A stretch of DNA of 64,000 nucleotides from assembly GCA_963828495.1 (NCBI GenBank), contig CAWHFJ010000014.1, positions 41,538 to 105,537 on the forward strand. Direction: 5' to 3'. How positions within the stretch are numbered: position 1 is the first letter of the stretch; each line of letters begins with the position of its first letter. Below the pieces are notes generated by a model, which was given only the letters and a program-made list of their open reading frames with translations, ran no database searches and was not told where the DNA came from. Both the position numbers and the translations under genes were made by a program. Shown one piece after another: positions 46,298-57,205 of the stretch. This DNA comes from Candidatus Omnitrophota bacterium. GTDB taxonomy: Bacteria; Omnitrophota; Gorgyraeia; Zapsychrales; Fredricksoniimonadaceae.

Positions 46298-47673
46298 TTA
46301 TAATTTATCTAACGCTTCCCGAAGGCCCGCCACCGCAATTAACTGGATATTGGAGGGCTTAAAATCATTTTTACCCTTCAAATTATTTTTAGGAACAAGG
46401 CAACGGGTAAATCCCAGCTTCTGTGCTTCATTGACCCGGGCTGCAATTTGAGACACGCTTCTGACCTCGGCGGAAAGCCCGACCTCTCCTAAAATAGCCG
46501 TATCATGAGGGACAACCTTATCCAATAAAGCAGACGCTACCGCTAAACTGACGCCCAAATCCGCGGCAGGGTCCATCACCTTAACTCCGCCGACAACATT
46601 TAAAAAAATATCCTTATCCCCTAAATTAAGCCCCAGCCTTTTTTCCAGTACCGCTGCCAATAAACTTAAACGGTTGGCATCAAACCCCTGGGCTTTCTGA
46701 CGCACCATGCCAAAAGCGCTGCGGGCCACCAACCCCTGGATTTCCACCAAAAAAGGCCTGGTGCCTTCAAGAATAGGAACGACCACCGAACCCGAAGAAT
46801 CCCCCGGCCGCTCACAAAGAAAAATTTCCGAAGGGTTTAAAACTTCCTGCAAACCCGACGAGGTCATCTCAAAAACACCGATTTCATTGGTGGAACCGAA
46901 ACGGTTCTTATTGGCCCGCAACACACGGTACGATGAATAACGCTCGCCTTCAAAATAAAGTACGGTGTCAACCATATGCTCCAGCACCCGCGGGCCCGCC
47001 AACATGCCTTCCTTGGTGACATGGCCGATAAGAAAAAGAGCTATCCCCCGTGTTTTGGCCAACTGGGTCAAAACCGCGGCACTTTCCCTGACCTGGGCGA
47101 CCGAGCCCGGGGAAGAAACTAATTCAGCTAAATGCACCACTTGAATGGAATCAATGATAACGACCTGCGGCTTAAGTTCATGAATATAATCGGCAATCGT
47201 CTGCACATCGATTTCATTAACAATAAAGAGATTATCATTAGCCGCTTGAGGCATACACGATCGGCGCGCATCTTGGCCTGTTTGACCGACTCTTCCCCGC
47301 TAACATACAAAACTTTCAAACCTGCCCTGCTCAAGGCACAGCTGGCCTGTAAAACAATCGTCGATTTACCGATCCCCGGATCTCCGCCGATCAAAGTCAC
47401 GGAACCCGCCACTATACCTCCGCCCATGACCCGGTCGAATTCCCCGATACAGGTTAAAAAACGCTTCTCTCGGGTCATATCAACGGCTTTTAAAAGAACA
47501 GGGGCTGAGGCGGCCTGCGCGGCGATTTCAACACGCATCTTCCCGGAGTCAACCCGTGAGACAGACGTCTCCTCGACATAAGAATTCCATGCCTCGCAGT
47601 TGGGGCATTTGCCTACCCAACGCGCGGATTGAGAACCACAGTTCTGACAAACAAATGCTGTCTTAGTCTTCAT
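46298..47673 (-). pseudogene. radA: DNA repair protein RadA, one frame break
   Basis: Zinc finger CQNCG...CPNC, Walker A GDPGIGKST, then KMRADR. ...NDNLFIVNE...KNRFG...Lon-like C-terminus is in another frame (break near 47255). Confidence 0.85.
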
Positions 47674-47678
47674 TAATG

Positions 47679-48368
47679 TCACTTAGACTTAGGCCGGTAC
47701 AGTAGTTTCCAAGGATTGGCTTTTAAATCCGCAGTGAGTTCTTCGAGATTGTTATAGATAGACTCGTCGGTCAAGAGCCGGCCTACTGTCCCATGCCCTT
47801 CTTTTAAATCCGTACCCAAAGCGCTCAAACCTGCCAGGGCCTCTTCTAAAGATTTCTTATTCTTATCGGTTAAAATATCATTATTCACATTATCCACAAC
47901 CGTCTCAATCTTGGCCGTCAAAGAATTGACTCTTTCCGTTATCTTTTCAATCGGCACAGGGTCATGACCGATAACGACACCGTTATCCTTGACTTCGTCT
48001 TTCGATGTCCCGGGAATAATTTCGAGATATTTTTCACCTAATATCCCCAACTGATTAATCGTAACATCGGAATCGATGGGAACACCGACATCGTCTTTGA
48101 TCCAGACACTCACCCGTACCTTGGTTTTTTCCCCATCAGCCCTATCGATATAAACCTGTAATTTTCTCACTAAGCCCACTTCGACACCTGCCAGACGCAC
48201 GGGTGCCGCTTCGCGCAAACCACTGGCAAACCCAAAGATCACCTGCATATGACGGCCTTTTTCAAAAAAGGAAAGATCGCTGATCGAAAGGATAAAAAAA
48301 GTTAACGCCAACAGGGCCATCAACACAAATGCCCCGACTTTCAATTCCAAACTATTCTCTTGAGCCAT
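47679..48368 (-). CDS. mlaD: MlaD (MCE domain) protein
   Basis: N-terminal TM plus MCE domain; follows mlaE-mlaF. Confidence 0.75.
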   Translation of the reverse strand: MAQENSLELKVGAFVLMALLALTFFILSISDLSFFEKGRHMQVIFGFASGLREAAPVRLAGVEVGLVRKLQVYIDRADGEKTKVRVSVWIKDDVGVPIDSDVTINQLGILGEKYLEIIPGTSKDEVKDNGVVIGHDPVPIEKITERVNSLTAKIETVVDNVNNDILTDKNKKSLEEALAGLSALGTDLKEGHGTVGRLLTDESIYNNLEELTADLKANPWKLLYRPKSK

Positions 48369-48395
48369 AATCAGTTCTCCGTCATAAGGTTGGCA

Positions 48396-49169
48396 TCATT
48401 TCACATGGCCAAAAACAAGACTCTCATCTTCGGTGATGGGGCCGTGCGCTTGGCCCTGTATAAACTGCTGGATAACCGGATGGCTAGAATTCTTGATGTC
48501 CTCCGGCTTACCGTCGGCAATGATCTGCCCCTTATAAAACATCGCAATCGAATCAGCGACCATATAGGCGGAATTCATATCATGAGTCACAACAATGGAA
48601 GTGACTTTCAGCTTATCACGCATTTCAATAATCAAATGGTTGATCGCGGCCGCCGTGATCGGGTCGACACCGGTCGTCGGTTCATCGTACAAAATAGTAT
48701 GGGGTTCCATGCACAGCACCCGCGCTAAACTGACTCTCTTTTTCATCCCTCCGGAAAGCTGGGAGGGCATCATATGCTCCACATCCTTTAAACCCACCAG
48801 CCCCAAGACATTGCGCACACGCTCCTGTAGTGTCTTTTTATCCAGTTTCATGAATTCATTGGGAACAAACCCGACATTTTCCCCGACATCCATGGAATCA
48901 AACAACGCGCCCCCCTGAAACACCATGCCGATGTCCATGCGCAAACGGTTGTATTCTTTTTCATTGAGATTGGTGACTTCAACCCCGTTGATTTTAATCG
49001 AACCGCTGTCCGGATGCATAAGACCCACAATATTCTTTAAAAGAACAGTTTTACCGACACCGGAGCGGCCGATAATGACCTTGGTCTCTCCCTGGCGCAC
49101 GGTCAGGCTCAAGTTATTGAGCACCATTTGCGGACCTAAAAGCTTGTATAAGTTGCGTATTTCAATCAT
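48396..49169 (-). CDS. mlaF: Mla-type ABC transporter ATP-binding protein
   Basis: Walker A GRSGVGKT, LSGGMKKRVSLAR and YDEPTTGVD. Confidence 0.8.
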   Translation of the reverse strand: MIEIRNLYKLLGPQMVLNNLSLTVRQGETKVIIGRSGVGKTVLLKNIVGLMHPDSGSIKINGVEVTNLNEKEYNRLRMDIGMVFQGGALFDSMDVGENVGFVPNEFMKLDKKTLQERVRNVLGLVGLKDVEHMMPSQLSGGMKKRVSLARVLCMEPHTILYDEPTTGVDPITAAAINHLIIEMRDKLKVTSIVVTHDMNSAYMVADSIAMFYKGQIIADGKPEDIKNSSHPVIQQFIQGQAHGPITEDESLVFGHVK

Positions 49170-49954
49170 TAAACATTCAGCAAAAAATAAAAAATAAAAG
49201 TGATCAAACAATCCGTCAGCACAATCAAAATGAAGGAACGCACGACCGCGGTCGTCGTCGCCTTGCCCACCCCATCAGCCCCACCCTTGACGGTCAGGCC
49301 CTGATGGCATCCGACAATCGCGATAATCATGCCGAAAAAAATCGTCTTAACCAGCCCGGTCACAATATCTTTCATCGTCAGGGCGTGGAAAGTCATTTTC
49401 CAAAACATCTCGTGACTGATGTGCAGCTTAAACACACAGATGACATAACCGCCCCAGATGCCGATCACATCCGAAAGCATAGTCAATACCGGCAGCATAA
49501 TAATCAGTCCCACAAAACGCGGCACCACCAAATATTTGACCGGATTGATGCCAAAGGCCTTGAGCGCGTCCACCTGTTCGGTGACGACCATGGACCCGAT
49601 TTCCGCGGCGATCCCTGCCCCAATGCGCCCCGCCACGATCAACGCTGTCAAAACGGGGGTCAATTCGCGCGTCAGTGACACGGCAATCACATTGGGGATA
49701 TAAAGCTCGGCGGACAGCTGCACCATTTGATAGGCCATTTGCAAAGCGATGATCATGCCCACAAAAAAACCCACCAGCGCTGAAATCACAAAACTACCCG
49801 GCCCGATACGCTGGGCCTGTATCAAAGAGCGGTACCCCTTAAAAGGAGGTGTCAGGGCCGCCACCATCGTCTGTGACCACAATAACGTCAACTGGCCGAT
49901 ATAGCGGACCCATTCCTTAATCGCATTCCCTATTCTGATACTCCAAGCGATCAT
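49169..49954 (-). CDS. mlaE: Mla-type ABC transporter permease
   Basis: MlaE/YrbE family sequence (GIGAGIAAEIGSMVVTEQVDAL). Confidence 0.8.
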   Translation of the reverse strand: MIAWSIRIGNAIKEWVRYIGQLTLLWSQTMVAALTPPFKGYRSLIQAQRIGPGSFVISALVGFFVGMIIALQMAYQMVQLSAELYIPNVIAVSLTRELTPVLTALIVAGRIGAGIAAEIGSMVVTEQVDALKAFGINPVKYLVVPRFVGLIIMLPVLTMLSDVIGIWGGYVICVFKLHISHEMFWKMTFHALTMKDIVTGLVKTIFFGMIIAIVGCHQGLTVKGGADGVGKATTTAVVRSFILIVLTDCLITFIFYFLLNV

Positions 49955-49957
49955 GGT

Positions 49958-52378
49958 TTAGACAAGCACCAAACTGTCGTCACGACGGACAACTGTGATT
50001 TTACTGCCTTCTTTAAACCGTCCGGAAATAATTTCTTCCGAAAGCATGTCTTCCACGTAGCGCTGAATAGTTCTCTTTAAGGGTCTTGCCCCATAGATCG
50101 GGTCAAACCCCTTTTCCATCAGGAAATCCATGGCCTCCGCTGAAAGGCTGATTTCAATGCCCTTGCCTTTAAGCCGTTGGACAACCTCATCGACTTCCAG
50201 CTTGATAATTTCTGTCAGGTTTTCACGGGTCAGATGCCTGAACACAATAATATCGTCGACACGGTTTAAAAACTCCGGTTTGAATGCCTTTTTGACTTCA
50301 TTAAGCAAACGGTCTTTGATGGCATTGTACGACGTATCTTCCTTTTGCGCCACAAACCCCAAAGAACCGGCATTACGAATGGTTTCCGCACCCACATTCG
50401 AAGTCATAATAATGACGGTGTTACGGAAATCCACCTTGCGGCCGAAACTATCGGTCAACTGCCCGTCTTCGAACACCTGCAAAAGTAAATTAAAAACATC
50501 CGGATGGGCTTTTTCGATTTCATCCAGAAGCACCACGGAGTACGGGCGGCGGCGCACTTTTTCGGTCAACTGTCCGCCTTCTTCATACCCCACGTAGCCC
50601 GGCGGCGCTCCTATTAAGCGCGACACATTGAACTTGTCCATATATTCGGACATGTCGATCTGTATGAGAGCATCCTTATCACCAAACATGAACTCCGACA
50701 AAATACGCGCCAGAAGACTTTTGCCCACACCCGTCGGTCCCAAAAAGATAAAAGAACCGATAGGACGGCGCGGATTTTTGATGCCCGCCCGGGAACGGCG
50801 CACCGCGCGCGCGATGGCCGAGACCGGCTCGTCCTGGCCGATAATAGATTTTTTCATCTGCTCTTCCATCTTGAGCAGCCGGTCACTCTCTTTCTGTTCC
50901 AGGCGGATGAGCGGTATTCTCGTCCACTGAGAGACCACACGGGCTATATCATCAGGCGTGATCACCAACGCCACATCATCGCGCTTTTGCATCCATTCCG
51001 CACGCTTGCGCTCAAGCTCATCACGCACTTCCCGCTCTTGATCGCGCATCTTGGCCGCGCGTTCGAAATCCTGGATCTTGATATAAGACTCCTTCTCCTT
51101 TTTTAACTGCTCAATTTTTTCCTCAAGCTCTTTGATGGCGTCGGGCACAACCATGGCCTGTAAACGCGCCCGGGCACCGGCCTCATCCAGGATGTCCACG
51201 GCTTTATCCGGCAGGAAACGGTTAGAAATATAACGGTCGGACAAACGGGCTGCGGCGTCCAAAGATTCATCGGAATATTTGACCCTGTGGTGCGCCTCGT
51301 ATTTATCGCGTAAGCCTTTAAGAATTTGGATGGTTTCATCCACCGACGGAGCCTCCACAATAATCGTCTGAAAACGCCGCTCCAGCGCCGCGTCTTTTTC
51401 GATATTTTTGCGGTATTCATCCAAGGTGGTCGCCCCAATGCACTGGATTTCTCCCCGGGCCAAAGCCGGTTTTAATATATTGGCTGCGTCAATGGCCCCT
51501 TCGGCCGCGCCCGCCCCTACCAGTGTGTGGATCTCATCGATAAAAAGCACGATTTTTCCGGAACGCTTAAGCTCATCCATCACCGCTTTGATACGCTCCT
51601 CAAACTGTCCACGGTATTTAGTGCCTGCAATCATCATGGCCAAATCCAAGACTACGATCGTCTTATCGCGTAACAGTTCAGGCACGTCCCCGCAGATAAT
51701 CTGCTGGGCCAGCCCCTCGACGATAGCGGTCTTACCGATCCCCGCTTCCCCCAAAAGCACCGGATTGTTCTTGGTGCGCCTCGAGAGGATCTGGACCACG
51801 CGTTCAATTTCATTTTTGCGTCCGATCACCGGATCCAGTTTGCCTTCTCTGGCTAATTTATTCAAATTACGGCCATACGCATCAATGGCCGGAGTTTTAC
51901 CCGCTTTGACTGTATCCGGCTGTTGACCGTAACCGGGAATGCCCGATCCCAATAATTCCATGACTTCATTGCGCAGCTTGCCTAAATCCAAACCCAAATT
52001 CAAAAGCACGCGGTAAGCCATCCCTTCGCCTTCTTTGACTAAACCCAGCAGTAAATGCTCGGTACCGATATAATTATGCCCCAAGGCCCGGGCTTCTTCG
52101 GCGGAGAGCTCCAGCGCTTTTTTGGAACGCGGGGTGAATGGGATATCCCCCACCACCTGGGTCGCGGGACCGGCTTGCACTAATTTTTCAACCTCCAGCC
52201 TTATAGTTTCCAAATCCAGCCCTAATTTTTGCAATACCGCCGCCGCCACTCCTTCACCCTCGCGGATTAACCCCAACAACAAATGTTCCGTGCCAATATA
52301 ATCATGGTTAAAACGCCGCGCTTCTTCCTTGGCGTAGACAATAACTTTGCGTGCACGTTCAGTAAACCGGTTAAACAT
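49958..52378 (-). CDS. clpC: ATP-dependent Clp protease ATP-binding subunit ClpC
   Basis: Two Clp_N repeats, two AAA modules (GEAGIGKT, GPTGVGKS) and a UVR-like linker. Confidence 0.92.
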   Translation of the reverse strand: MFNRFTERARKVIVYAKEEARRFNHDYIGTEHLLLGLIREGEGVAAAVLQKLGLDLETIRLEVEKLVQAGPATQVVGDIPFTPRSKKALELSAEEARALGHNYIGTEHLLLGLVKEGEGMAYRVLLNLGLDLGKLRNEVMELLGSGIPGYGQQPDTVKAGKTPAIDAYGRNLNKLAREGKLDPVIGRKNEIERVVQILSRRTKNNPVLLGEAGIGKTAIVEGLAQQIICGDVPELLRDKTIVVLDLAMMIAGTKYRGQFEERIKAVMDELKRSGKIVLFIDEIHTLVGAGAAEGAIDAANILKPALARGEIQCIGATTLDEYRKNIEKDAALERRFQTIIVEAPSVDETIQILKGLRDKYEAHHRVKYSDESLDAAARLSDRYISNRFLPDKAVDILDEAGARARLQAMVVPDAIKELEEKIEQLKKEKESYIKIQDFERAAKMRDQEREVRDELERKRAEWMQKRDDVALVITPDDIARVVSQWTRIPLIRLEQKESDRLLKMEEQMKKSIIGQDEPVSAIARAVRRSRAGIKNPRRPIGSFIFLGPTGVGKSLLARILSEFMFGDKDALIQIDMSEYMDKFNVSRLIGAPPGYVGYEEGGQLTEKVRRRPYSVVLLDEIEKAHPDVFNLLLQVFEDGQLTDSFGRKVDFRNTVIIMTSNVGAETIRNAGSLGFVAQKEDTSYNAIKDRLLNEVKKAFKPEFLNRVDDIIVFRHLTRENLTEIIKLEVDEVVQRLKGKGIEISLSAEAMDFLMEKGFDPIYGARPLKRTIQRYVEDMLSEEIISGRFKEGSKITVVRRDDSLVLV

Positions 52379-53429
52379 CTTTCCCCCCTAACTTCTGACG
52401 GATCACAGCCGCCCTTTTGGTATCGCGTTCAAACGCGTTTAATTTTTTACCTTCGATTTTTTGTAAATGCGCCGGTTGAATCATGATAAATAATTCATTG
52501 AGCGCCTTATGATCCACGCCTTTGAGAATACCCATATCTAACCCCAGCCGCACCATCGAAAAAAGCTCAATGGCCTCCTGACTGGAAATGATATGTGCGG
52601 TCCTCAAAAGCCCCCAGGAACGGCAAACTTTGTCCTCAAGCATCGGTTTATTCTGCAAGAGCAAAGCCTGACGGGCCTGCTCTTCCTGCTCAATGACCTG
52701 ACGGATAAGCCCGTTAATATTTTGAATAATATCCAATTCGCTATGGCCCAAAGACACCTGATTGGAGATCTGATAAAAATTGCCCGACGCCTGGGTGCCT
52801 TCCCCGTAAAAACCCCGACTGGCAAAACTTAATTTGGAAATAGCTGCCAGCACTTTATTGATCTGCTTGGTCATGACCAATGCCGGCAAATGCATCATCA
52901 CGCTACCGCGCATGGCCGTGCCCGTATTCGTGGGACAAGCGGTCAAAAAACCCCAGCTGGACGAAAAGGCAAAGGGCAGTTCACGGGCCAACGCGTCATC
53001 AATAGCATTAATAATATCCCAGGCTTCAGTTAAATTTAACCCCGAGCGCATCACCTGAATACGCAGATGGTCTTCTTCATTGACCATGACCGAAACCACT
53101 TCCTCGGCGGCCACCAGAAGACCTTTGCCTTCCGGATTGGAAGCATGCTCATGGCTCATCAAATGCCTTTCCACCAACATCTGGCGATCCACCTGGTCAA
53201 GTCCGGTCATCCCAAACAGCGTCGATCCTTTCAACTCGCTGATACGACCAACCGCCTCTTCAAAGGCCTTCAACACCTCCTCTAAATCTTTTTTAGTGGA
53301 TTTACCGGGGAAAGTCCAATCCGCCAGATTACGCGCCAGACGCACGCGCGAACTCATGACAATATGGGCAGAGGGCCCCGTGCCTCTTAACCACTCTCCC
53401 GTATGACTTAATAACTCTTCGATACGCAT
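52371..53429 (-). CDS. mcsB: protein arginine kinase McsB
   Basis: Guanido phosphotransferase domain (NEEDHLRIQ, CPTNTGT). Confidence 0.85.
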   Translation of the reverse strand: MRIEELLSHTGEWLRGTGPSAHIVMSSRVRLARNLADWTFPGKSTKKDLEEVLKAFEEAVGRISELKGSTLFGMTGLDQVDRQMLVERHLMSHEHASNPEGKGLLVAAEEVVSVMVNEEDHLRIQVMRSGLNLTEAWDIINAIDDALARELPFAFSSSWGFLTACPTNTGTAMRGSVMMHLPALVMTKQINKVLAAISKLSFASRGFYGEGTQASGNFYQISNQVSLGHSELDIIQNINGLIRQVIEQEEQARQALLLQNKPMLEDKVCRSWGLLRTAHIISSQEAIELFSMVRLGLDMGILKGVDHKALNELFIMIQPAHLQKIEGKKLNAFERDTKRAAVIRQKLGGKDV

Positions 53430-53437
53430 ATAACCCT

Positions 53438-53980
53438 CTACTTCTGTTCCATCTGTCTGATCTTATCCCTAAGAATGGCCGCACGTTCAAAATCTTCGGC
53501 CGCAATGGCCGACTGCAACTGTTGTTTTAAATCCTCCAGCCCATCAGAAAGAGCCAACGACGCCGTGGGAGCCTCTGTTGAGGCAACTGTAGGCTTCTCC
53601 TGAAACGAAAGAGGTGTTTTGCCTAAATATTTATTCGAACCGTGAATCTTGCGTAACAGCCCGCTTAAATGATCTTTAAAAGACGTATAACATTCCCCGC
53701 AGCCTAAACGTCCGAATTTGCGAAAATCCTCGTAAGGCAAATGACAACGGGTGCATTGCAAAGGACTTTTATCGCTATCTTTTAAAGAGGCAGACTTAGG
53801 GGTATCCGCCAGGCCTGCCAATAAATCCGCTATGCCAAATTGCTGCTCCATCTGAGAGCTTTTTTGCCGGGCGCACTCTTCGCATAAATGCATTTCCGAC
53901 ATCTGCTCATCGACAATTTCAGTCAAATGCACAGTGGCTTTTTTCTTGCCGCATATATCACAAATCATATTTGACGCCAT
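53438..53980 (-). CDS. mcsA: McsA-like activator (CxxC zinc fingers plus UVR motif)
   Basis: CDICG...CEEC...CTRC...CGEC and C-terminal AIAAEDFERAAILRDKI. Confidence 0.75.
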   Translation of the reverse strand: MASNMICDICGKKKATVHLTEIVDEQMSEMHLCEECARQKSSQMEQQFGIADLLAGLADTPKSASLKDSDKSPLQCTRCHLPYEDFRKFGRLGCGECYTSFKDHLSGLLRKIHGSNKYLGKTPLSFQEKPTVASTEAPTASLALSDGLEDLKQQLQSAIAAEDFERAAILRDKIRQMEQK

Positions 53981-54827
53981 CTTTTTTAGTCAGCTGATGA
54001 AAACGCTCCAAAAGTTTTTTGGTCACAGGCCCCGGGCGGCCCTGTCCAATAACGCGTCCGTCCACCTTCACAACGGGAATTAATTCCGCCGCGGTCCCGG
54101 TCAGGAAACATTCTTGGGCATTATACAATTCATGACGGGTGATATCCCCCTCGAACACCTTGATTTTCATCTTTTGTGCCAGTTGTACAATGACCTCACA
54201 GGTAATGCCCTTCAAACAGCCCAAATGCGGGGTCGCCAGCACTCCGTCTTTATAAATAAACACATTATCTCCGGTGCACTCGCCGATATAGCCGTTGTCC
54301 TGTAACATAATCGCCTCATTGTAACCGCAAAGCGAAGCCTCCATCTTAGCCAGAATATTGTTAAGGTAATTCATCGACTTCATCTGCGGATTAAGCGCGT
54401 TAGGATGGTTTTTGACCGTCGGCACCGTGATGATCTCCATGCCATTTTGATAAAGTTGGGACGGATATAAAACGATCTTGTCGGCGATGATGATGACGTT
54501 GGGTTTCCCATGGCATTTACGGGGATCAAGCCCCAGATCACCTTCGCCGCGGCTGACGATCAAACGGACATACCCGTCTTTGATCCGATTAACCCGCAAG
54601 GTATGGACAACCGCTGCCATCATGTCTTTCTTAGTCATGCGGGGGTCGATCATCAATGTATGCAGGGTTTCCCACAAGCGGTCGATATGCTGCTCGAGAC
54701 GAAAGACAAGGGCGTTATACGAACGGATACCTTCGAAAGCCCCGTCGCCGTAAAGGAACCCATGGTCAAACACCGACACCTTGGCATTCTCTTTGTCCAC
54801 CAATTTTCCGTTAAAATAAATTTTCAT
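53958..54827 (-). CDS. ilvE: branched-chain amino acid aminotransferase (class IV)
   Basis: FDHGFLYGDGAFEGIR and a class IV fold-length ORF. Confidence 0.85.
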   Translation of the reverse strand: MKIYFNGKLVDKENAKVSVFDHGFLYGDGAFEGIRSYNALVFRLEQHIDRLWETLHTLMIDPRMTKKDMMAAVVHTLRVNRIKDGYVRLIVSRGEGDLGLDPRKCHGKPNVIIIADKIVLYPSQLYQNGMEIITVPTVKNHPNALNPQMKSMNYLNNILAKMEASLCGYNEAIMLQDNGYIGECTGDNVFIYKDGVLATPHLGCLKGITCEVIVQLAQKMKIKVFEGDITRHELYNAQECFLTGTAAELIPVVKVDGRVIGQGRPGPVTKKLLERFHQLTKKDGVKYDL

Positions 54828-54847
54828 AAACTCCCTTTCGTTCAATA

Positions 54848-55288
54848 TTAATGAACCAACCTTAAATTAAAAGGATACGTATATGTCCTGCCCCTTGATG
54901 TCCTTACCGCGCCTTTCAGGCTACAAATAAGATTTGTTAACCAAAAAAAGATAAACGTCCCTATCGCTATGGGAATGCCTATAATAGTAAACGCGATGCT
55001 AACAGCCACCATCAAATATATGATCAATGATACCTGAAAATTTAAGGCTTCCTTGGATTGTTTTTCAACAAACGCCGAGTCGCTCCCCTTAAATAACCAT
55101 ACTAGTAACGGAATAATGACGGATAAAAACGCTACCGGGATCAACCCGCCCAAATGAGAAAGAACCGCCCAATTCTTTTCCTTACACTCATCAGGGACTG
55201 CTTTTTCTTTTAAAGCAACATCTGCGGGAGTCTTAATTTCTGCGCCGCAATATTTACACTTAATGGCCTCATCTCTGTCCATGCGCAA
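54848..55288 (-). CDS. membrane protein with N-terminal zinc ribbon and DUF4870-like TM domain
   Basis: CKYCG; SHLGGLIPV...PLLVWLFKG...KEALNFQVSL. Confidence 0.5.
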   Translation of the reverse strand: MRMDRDEAIKCKYCGAEIKTPADVALKEKAVPDECKEKNWAVLSHLGGLIPVAFLSVIIPLLVWLFKGSDSAFVEKQSKEALNFQVSLIIYLMVAVSIAFTIIGIPIAIGTFIFFWLTNLICSLKGAVRTSRGRTYTYPFNLRLVH

Positions 55289-55955
55289 ATGCCCCTTCCA
55301 ACAGGCCGTCTTTCATGGCGATCACTCGCTGGGCGCGGCCGGCGATTTTCTCGTCATGCGTCACGATCACGACCGTCACCCCGTGGGTCTGATTTAACCT
55401 CAAGAGCGTATCCATCACCACCTGACCGCTTTGTGAATCCAAATTACCGGTGGGCTCATCGCAAAAAACCACCTTCGGCCCATTCATCAAAGCGCGTGCA
55501 ATAGCCACCCGCTGCTCTTCCCCGCCGGAAAGCTGATTCGGCCTATGAAGAGCGCGTGCCTTAAGCCCCAACTGTTCCAATAATTTTAACCCCGCAAGCT
55601 CAATTGCGCTTGTCTTTCCTGAATTTTCTTTAATCATGGCCGGCAAAATCACATTCTCCAGCGCCGTTAACTCCGGTAACAAATGATAGGATTGAAACAC
55701 AAACCCCATATCGCTGCAACGCGCCTGGGCACGCCTCAGGTCACTTAAGGCGTATAAATTCTGCCCCTCAAAAATCACCCGGCCTTCATTGGGCCCATCC
55801 AAGCCGCCTAAGATGTGCAATAAAGTCGATTTCCCGGCACCTGACGGGCCTGAGATAGCCACGACCTCACCGGCTTGAATACCCAGATTGACCCCCTTTA
55901 ACACATGCAAAGGGCCCGGATACATTTTATGAATATTGACGGCCTCAATTAACAT
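55269..55955 (-). CDS. lolD: lipoprotein-releasing system ATP-binding protein (LolD-like)
   Basis: [26 protein letters not shown] and [10 protein letters not shown]. Paired with an FtsX-type permease. Confidence 0.75.
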   Translation of the reverse strand: MLIEAVNIHKMYPGPLHVLKGVNLGIQAGEVVAISGPSGAGKSTLLHILGGLDGPNEGRVIFEGQNLYALSDLRRAQARCSDMGFVFQSYHLLPELTALENVILPAMIKENSGKTSAIELAGLKLLEQLGLKARALHRPNQLSGGEEQRVAIARALMNGPKVVFCDEPTGNLDSQSGQVVMDTLLRLNQTHGVTVVIVTHDEKIAGRAQRVIAMKDGLLEGAFAHGQR

Positions 55956-57160
55956 TATTCGTACCTCAAAGCTTCCACAGGCTCAAGGTTCGCCGCCTTA
56001 AGTGCGGGGTAAATCGTGGCCGCATACGTAATCAACATGGCCGCCCCTATGATCAACCCAATATCCGAGGCCTGTATTAAAACCGGCAAATGGTCGATAT
56101 AATAAATGTCCTGGGGCAATTTAATAAATTGGTATTTTTTCAATAAAACGGTTACCCCAACACCACCGATAAACCCCCAAAATGTTCCCATCGCCCCCAA
56201 GCTCAAGCCCTGCCAGGTAAAAATACGATGAATACTGGCGCGGGAAGCGCCGATGGATTTGAGGATGCCGATATCCTTGACTTTACTGGTCACCGTCACA
56301 ATCAGGGTGCTGATGATATTAAAAGAAGCCACCAGCACGATCAAGGTCAGAATAATAAACATGGCAAATTTTTCTAAAGCCAATGCCGCAAAGAAATTAG
56401 CATTTGTTTCCATCCATGTGCGCACCAAAAAGCTAAAACCTATCGTATCATAAATGGCCTTTTTGACTTTGGGAGCCTCATCGGGATTTTTTAACTTAAG
56501 CCCGATGCCCGTGACAGTGTTGGGACCTATGTTAAAAATTTCCTGGGCCCGGCGCAAATCTACCAAAATCAAATTCATATCATAATCATACATGCCTGAA
56601 GTAAAAATACCGGCCACTTTAAACTGGTAGCGCCAGCCACCACCCGCGACCCCCGAGGCCGGGGCTATGATCGTCAAAGGGTCTCCCAAGCGATACCCGT
56701 AAAATGAAGCCATCTGGCTGCCGATAATGACCCCGTCTTCTTTTAAATCGGCGACTTTACCATGACGCAGATAACTATTGATACGTGTCACAGAGCCCTC
56801 GCTCTGGGGCTCAACCCCACGCAAAATCAAACTGGCGGCCCTTGTTCCGGCCTCTAAAAAAACATTGCCGTGAATATACGGGGTCGAGGCTAGAACGCCC
56901 GGCAAAATTTTCAGACGTTGGTTTAATTGTTGATAATTTCTTAAACCGATTTCTTTCTCGACAAAAACATGGGCATTAGCTCCCACAATTTTTTCCCGCA
57001 GGTCGTGATCAAACCCGGTCATGACCCCGATAACAATGATCAAGGCCATCACGCCGATGGCAATGCCCGCAACGGCCACAAAATTAATGACCGCAAGAAA
57101 CTTGTCTTTCTTTGCGGTGAGATATCTTAGCGTTAACCACCATTCGAAATTCATATACAC
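55955..57160 (-). CDS. lipoprotein-releasing system permease (LolC/E family, FtsX-like)
   Basis: 4-TM MacB/FtsX architecture with a periplasmic domain. Confidence 0.75.
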   Translation of the reverse strand: MYMNFEWWLTLRYLTAKKDKFLAVINFVAVAGIAIGVMALIIVIGVMTGFDHDLREKIVGANAHVFVEKEIGLRNYQQLNQRLKILPGVLASTPYIHGNVFLEAGTRAASLILRGVEPQSEGSVTRINSYLRHGKVADLKEDGVIIGSQMASFYGYRLGDPLTIIAPASGVAGGGWRYQFKVAGIFTSGMYDYDMNLILVDLRRAQEIFNIGPNTVTGIGLKLKNPDEAPKVKKAIYDTIGFSFLVRTWMETNANFFAALALEKFAMFIILTLIVLVASFNIISTLIVTVTSKVKDIGILKSIGASRASIHRIFTWQGLSLGAMGTFWGFIGGVGVTVLLKKYQFIKLPQDIYYIDHLPVLIQASDIGLIIGAAMLITYAATIYPALKAANLEPVEALRYE

Positions 57161-57205
57161 CTTACGCCTTCGAAGTAATAGGGCCTTTTTCGAAATTCAT
57201 AAGTT

